A stretch of 64,000 bases of DNA, from the NCBI GenBank assembly GCA_963827235.1, contig CAWHAE010000012.1:1-64000 (forward strand), given 5' to 3'. Position 1 is the first letter of the stretch. The number at the start of each line of letters is the position of its first letter. This document shows positions 59,731-64,000 of this stretch, in pieces. The notes beneath the pieces are model-generated. The model saw nothing but the letters and a program-made list of their open reading frames with translations, had not been told where the DNA came from and did no database searches. The DNA is from an uncultured bacterium. Lineage in GTDB: Bacteria > Chloroflexota > UBA5177 > JANWHV01. A program made the translations under genes and the position numbers.

Positions 59731-59949
59731 AGACACCATGGATCGTTTGAGTAGATTACCGGGTGCCGCAGGTGTGGCGCCCGCGACGGGGGGATTGTCC
59801 CATCTTCTTCCAGTGTACGGGCGCTCTATGATCGCTTCGTGACAGGATGAGGGGCCCATCTACGGTCTGCGATTCGGCGGTTCGGTCGGCCGCTCCCGGG
59901 ACCACGGTCGTCTGCGTCCGGACGCAGACGACCGTGGCACCTGACGGGC

Positions 59950-61356
59950 CTAGGGCGTGATGATGGTGCGACCGCCCACGATGTCGGTGCGTGTGAAGCC
60001 GTGCGTGTCACCGACGAACGGAGCGACCATCGCTTGGCAGGCGCTCTCTCGCGGGTCGTCGTCGGAGCATGCATCGAGCGAGCTATCCGTGGCGACGAGC
60101 AGGTACTGGTGGCCGGACTGCGGGCTGAAGGTGATCGGCGCGGAGCCGGCCTCCGGGCAACCGGCTGGACCGTAATCCGCATCGAGTGAGCCGAGGTCGG
60201 TAAACGCGCCGCCTGCCGTCTGGTCCTGGATCCACACCTCGACCGCTTGCTGATCGGCAGCGCAGTTCAACACCTGCTCGGTCTTCACACCGCGCGCCGG
60301 TGGCGGGGTCGGCGACGGAGACGGCGATGCGCCGGAGGTCCAGGTGAGGCCGACGCCCCAGGTCTGGTCACCAGGAATGAGATACGCATGCGCGGCGCTG
60401 TTCCACAGCGCGCAAGCCGCGCAGCCAAGCGCGGAACCGGCACTAGACCCACCGATGGCGTACCACTGGTACACCGGCGTGGACGAGAACTGCAGGTCGA
60501 CGCCAAACGTCTCGTGGCCGTACTTCAGCCAGCCGCCGCCCCAAACCTTGAGCGCCAGCGCCTGCCCAATCATCAGATGCGGCCCGCCCTGTGCCTCGAC
60601 CCGCCACAGAGAACTGTTCCCCCAAGTCAGATTGACGCCAAAGGTCCGATTGGCGTACCTCAGATTCTGAAAGGTGTCCGCGTTGAAGAGACTACCGGTA
60701 CCGTCGTTGACGTCGGTCAAGCCGCCCCACATGAGCACGGGAAAGGGGATCGTTTGCGGAAATCTGCTGGGGTCCGGACGCACCGTGCACTCCTCGGCGG
60801 TGTCGCCAACGTCCGTGGTGTTGTACGCGGCGATCATGTAGCACTGGCCACTCAGGTTGGTGCTGGTATCCACCCAGCTGTAGCCGGTCCCGGTGCCGCG
60901 CACATCACGGCTCGCGACCTGGTAGACGATCTGCCAGTTACCCGACAGGTCGCGGCGGAACACCTGGAAGCCCAGCTCGTTATTGGAGCGGTCATACCAC
61001 TGCACAGTCACAGCCGATGCCGTGGCCTGCAGAGGAGAGGTGCCGGGAGCGGTGACAGTGCAGTTCGGCAGCACGGGCACCGGGGTTCCCACGACAATTG
61101 GCTTCATGGCTGCCACTGCATGCAGCACGTCGGGCCCGGGCAATGACCCGCATGCCTGGGTGTCGGCCGTCCGCATCCCGTTGGCATGTGCCGCCGGGAC
61201 GGGCGTCGCAGGCGTGAAGACCTGGCTGCTCATTGCCGGGGCACCCGGCGTGGCCAAGCGGGTGCCGGCATAGGCGGGGCGGGCCGCGGCCAGCACGAGC
61301 ATGGCCAAGGTGGCCGCGGCCACCAGTCTGCGTGGACACTTGAGCTTGCTCATCAT
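59950..61356 (-). CDS. Secreted protein with FN3-like domain
   Basis: Signal peptide, W.DRSNNE.GFQV.R...CY.I.AYN, repeated TFGV.L.W motif. Confidence 0.7.
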   Translation of the reverse strand: MMSKLKCPRRLVAAATLAMLVLAAARPAYAGTRLATPGAPAMSSQVFTPATPVPAAHANGMRTADTQACGSLPGPDVLHAVAAMKPIVVGTPVPVLPNCTVTAPGTSPLQATASAVTVQWYDRSNNELGFQVFRRDLSGNWQIVYQVASRDVRGTGTGYSWVDTSTNLSGQCYMIAAYNTTDVGDTAEECTVRPDPSRFPQTIPFPVLMWGGLTDVNDGTGSLFNADTFQNLRYANRTFGVNLTWGNSSLWRVEAQGGPHLMIGQALALKVWGGGWLKYGHETFGVDLQFSSTPVYQWYAIGGSSAGSALGCAACALWNSAAHAYLIPGDQTWGVGLTWTSGASPSPSPTPPPARGVKTEQVLNCAADQQAVEVWIQDQTAGGAFTDLGSLDADYGPAGCPEAGSAPITFSPQSGHQYLLVATDSSLDACSDDDPRESACQAMVAPFVGDTHGFTRTDIVGGRTIITP

Positions 61357-61690
61357 TCTGTACTCCTCCAATTCCTCTGACGTGAGGTCTACGACGCATG
61401 CGTAGTCCCTCTCCTCCAACGGTGAGGCCAGGGTGAGCTCCGCAGGGGCATCGACGACGGGTAGGGACCGACACCACGCGCCCGCGGGGCACCCGCCTCA
61501 GCGGGTTGCACCCGCTCCGTCCGCTGGCGTATGCAGATGCCGCCTTGGCCTCGATACTCGGAAGTCTGCGCCACATTGCAGCACGCCACCACCCAACACC
61601 CACAATGCTCCCCCCAAAATAGACCCTCAAGTTCGCGGCAGCTACGGTCCTGGAACACGGGAGACAGCCTCCCGTGGCTGAGCGGCAAGC

Positions 61691-62941
61691 TCAGTCTGTC
61701 ACGCGTGCTGCACGGGTCATGCTAAACACGCCCAGGAATAGCACGCTGCCGAGTGCGGTTACGATCGCGCTCGAGAGGAACAGCATCGGGTAACCGACGC
61801 GGGAGATCAGCTGTCCGGCGCCCCAGGCACCCAGAGCAAAGCACAGGTTGAACGTGCCCGTGCGCAGGCCCGAAAGCAACGGCCGACGCTGCGCAGGGAC
61901 TGCGGCGAGGGTGAAGTGCGCGTCGAGCGCGCCGGCAGTGGAGACGAGCGCGGAGCGCACCACAAAGCCCAGCATGGCCAGGAACGGCAGCAGCATGCCC
62001 AGACTGAGAGCGACGAGGCAAGGGACCAGCGCCATGCGCATCACCGCAACGGCCAGAATGCTCCCCACGCGACGGCTCACCCGGGGCCCCAGCAGGCTGC
62101 CGACCACGCCCAGGAGCGAGGCGAGCGCAAAGAGCACGCCGATCAGGAGTGTGGGCTGGCGGAGCTGCTCCGCGAAGTAGACGTTCATGAACGGCCCCAC
62201 CAAGCCGCAGGCGAAGCTGTACAGGGCCATGGTGACGACCACGGCACCGGCGGTACGCCTGACCGACCGAAGCGCCCAGCCATTGCCCAGGGCTTCGTCG
62301 ATCTGGGCCTGCGGCGGTTGCTCGGCCGGTGTCGCCGGCGGCAGCAGCAGGAGCGGGCAGCCGACCAGGGCTACGCCTGTGGTGATCAGCAGTGCGCCGC
62401 GATAGGCAGCGGTCCCGCTGGACGAGCCAAGTGAGAGCAGCGCGGCAAGGATGCCGGGCAGGGTCCCTGCCAGGATGCTGCCTACCACGGCGGCAAGGGC
62501 CCAGGCGGCATACAGCCTGCCGAAGGCGGTAGCCCGTTGCGCGGCAGGGACGCTCTCGCTGAGCAGCGGGGCCACCGGCACGGCGCTCAACGCCTGCGCA
62601 ACCCCCCAGATGAGTGCGGACAGTGACAAGAGCAGTGGGGCTGCCTCTATCGCCAATGCCACCTGGACCACGACCAGCAGCACAGCCCCGATGATGAGGG
62701 TTCGCCGATGGCCCAGGTTGCGCGTGAGGGCGCCGATGGGAATGGCACTCACTCCCAGCGCCAGCAGGCTCAGGGCATTGAAGGTGCCGATGAAGGCCAA
62801 CGATTTCCCAACGCTGGTCAGATAGAGATTGTAGAGGACGCCGAAGGTACCGATACCGATGTTCAAGCAGATCTGCGAGAGGAGGACGACGTGAACCGCA
62901 CCGCCGTTCCGAAAACTGGCAGGCCACCTGACGGTCGGCAC
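61691..62941 (-). CDS. MFS transporter (start uncertain)
   Basis: About 12 TM segments, LYNLYL, PFMNVYF. Confidence 0.85.
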   Translation of the reverse strand: MPTVRWPASFRNGGAVHVVLLSQICLNIGIGTFGVLYNLYLTSVGKSLAFIGTFNALSLLALGVSAIPIGALTRNLGHRRTLIIGAVLLVVVQVALAIEAAPLLLSLSALIWGVAQALSAVPVAPLLSESVPAAQRATAFGRLYAAWALAAVVGSILAGTLPGILAALLSLGSSSGTAAYRGALLITTGVALVGCPLLLLPPATPAEQPPQAQIDEALGNGWALRSVRRTAGAVVVTMALYSFACGLVGPFMNVYFAEQLRQPTLLIGVLFALASLLGVVGSLLGPRVSRRVGSILAVAVMRMALVPCLVALSLGMLLPFLAMLGFVVRSALVSTAGALDAHFTLAAVPAQRRPLLSGLRTGTFNLCFALGAWGAGQLISRVGYPMLFLSSAIVTALGSVLFLGVFSMTRAARVTD

Positions 62942-63461
62942 GGCTTTACCAATCCCGAGCGGCGCGGCCGCCGCACCTGCTCTCGAGTCCAGGATGACGC
63001 CCCAGCGCGCGCCCCTCTGGACTTGCGGGCAGCCCCTGCGTACTCCGACCCGCACAGCGCAGAAAGCCGGCAGACCGGGCACGATTCGCACGAGCAACTC
63101 AAGCAATGCCGTGATGATACGTCCGGGCCTAGACCGGTGCCAAGATGTGGTCCGGCACTTCGCGGTGAGGGGCGCCACATGGGCGCCGGGAGGCCGACCC
63201 TGATGCCGGAGCGGCTGAGGTGCGACCTTCCGCGGTGCTCCAATGGGCTGACCGGCGAGGTCGTGCCGTTCGCTCTTCGCACGCGACGTTGACGCTTGGC
63301 AGTGGTCACGCCGGCCATGCGCCGCCGGCTCGGAGCCGCGGTCCCAGCGCGTTCCTGTACCCATGGAGATGCTCGCACGGTACGGCGCGTCCATGTGCTA
63401 TGCTGGCCCCACCAGGCACATTGCCTAGTGCATTAGCTTGGGCACGCAGCGAGTTGGGGCG

Positions 63462-64000
63462 ATGGAAACGGCGCAGCCGGAAGACACCGGTAGGCCACCC
63501 AGCTTCGCGGAGCTGCTGCGGCAGTACCGTACCGCAGCCGGCTTCACGCAGGAGGAGCTTGCCGACCGTGCCGGCCTGAGTCTGCGCGGCGTGCTCTATC
63601 TGGAACGCGGCGGCCGGCAGCCCTATCGGGATACCATCCGGCGCCTTGCCGATGCGCTGGCGCTCACCGAGGACGACCGTGCCGCCCTGCTGGCGGCGGC
63701 TCGCCGCCACAGCGGAGGCGATGCCGGCAGTCGCACCGAAGCAGACCGGCTGCCGCCAGAGGATGAGCTGGAGGTGGCGCAGCCCGGGTGGGTCTACGTG
63801 GCCTATGCCCAGGGCGATCGCGGGCGGGTTGAGCGGCTGCGAGGCGACCTGCAGCGACGCGGCGTCACCACCTGGGTGGACCAGGACGACCTGCCGGCCG
63901 GAACGCCAAGCTGGGAACAGGCACTTCGCGAGGCTATTCGCGGCGCGCCGGCGGTGCTGCTCGTCGCTTCCTCGCACACGCGCTCCTCGCGCTATGTGGC
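63462..64000 (+). CDS. XRE-family HTH fused to TIR domain, truncated by window end
   Basis: FAELLRQYRTAAGFTQEELADRAGLS..LERG; then VYVAYA..D...VERL..DL...G..TWVD...L..G...W...L.EAI...VLLV.S...SSRYV. Confidence 0.88.
   Translation, partial: METAQPEDTGRPPSFAELLRQYRTAAGFTQEELADRAGLSLRGVLYLERGGRQPYRDTIRRLADALALTEDDRAALLAAARRHSGGDAGSRTEADRLPPEDELEVAQPGWVYVAYAQGDRGRVERLRGDLQRRGVTTWVDQDDLPAGTPSWEQALREAIRGAPAVLLVASSHTRSSRYV

Noticed and set aside
61357-61690. Possible riboswitch in the long leader of the secreted protein
   Set aside because: No recognisable conserved aptamer motif.

Overview
High-GC bacterial chromosomal window. Gene content and style suggest a soil Chloroflexota-like organism (inference). 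It holds two polymorphic RHS/YD toxin-immunity regions. The first (1-9.6 kb) has two near-identical RHS cores carrying different nuclease tips, each followed by immunity genes. The second (39.4-45 kb) has an orphan PoNe-type nuclease tip, a PoNi immunity gene and a YD fragment. Other content: a dnaA and an ftsZ that both sit outside their usual gene contexts; panB/panC; an HTH-PAS-GGDEF-EAL signalling protein; an acyl-CoA ligase-ACP-acyltransferase fusion with two MFS transporters; a GT39 glycosyltransferase preceded by six 11-bp-phased repeats; a compact methyltransferase/FAD-oxidoreductase/SRPBCC/ketosynthase cluster; a TerY-P (vWA/PP2C/kinase) triad extended with zinc-ribbon proteins; several secreted or envelope enzymes; and a truncated XRE-HTH-TIR gene at the right edge. 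Many genes carry single-base frameshifts, probably long-read assembly errors. No rRNA, tRNA, CRISPR array or transposase was recognised. All family calls come from motif recognition by eye, not database searches.
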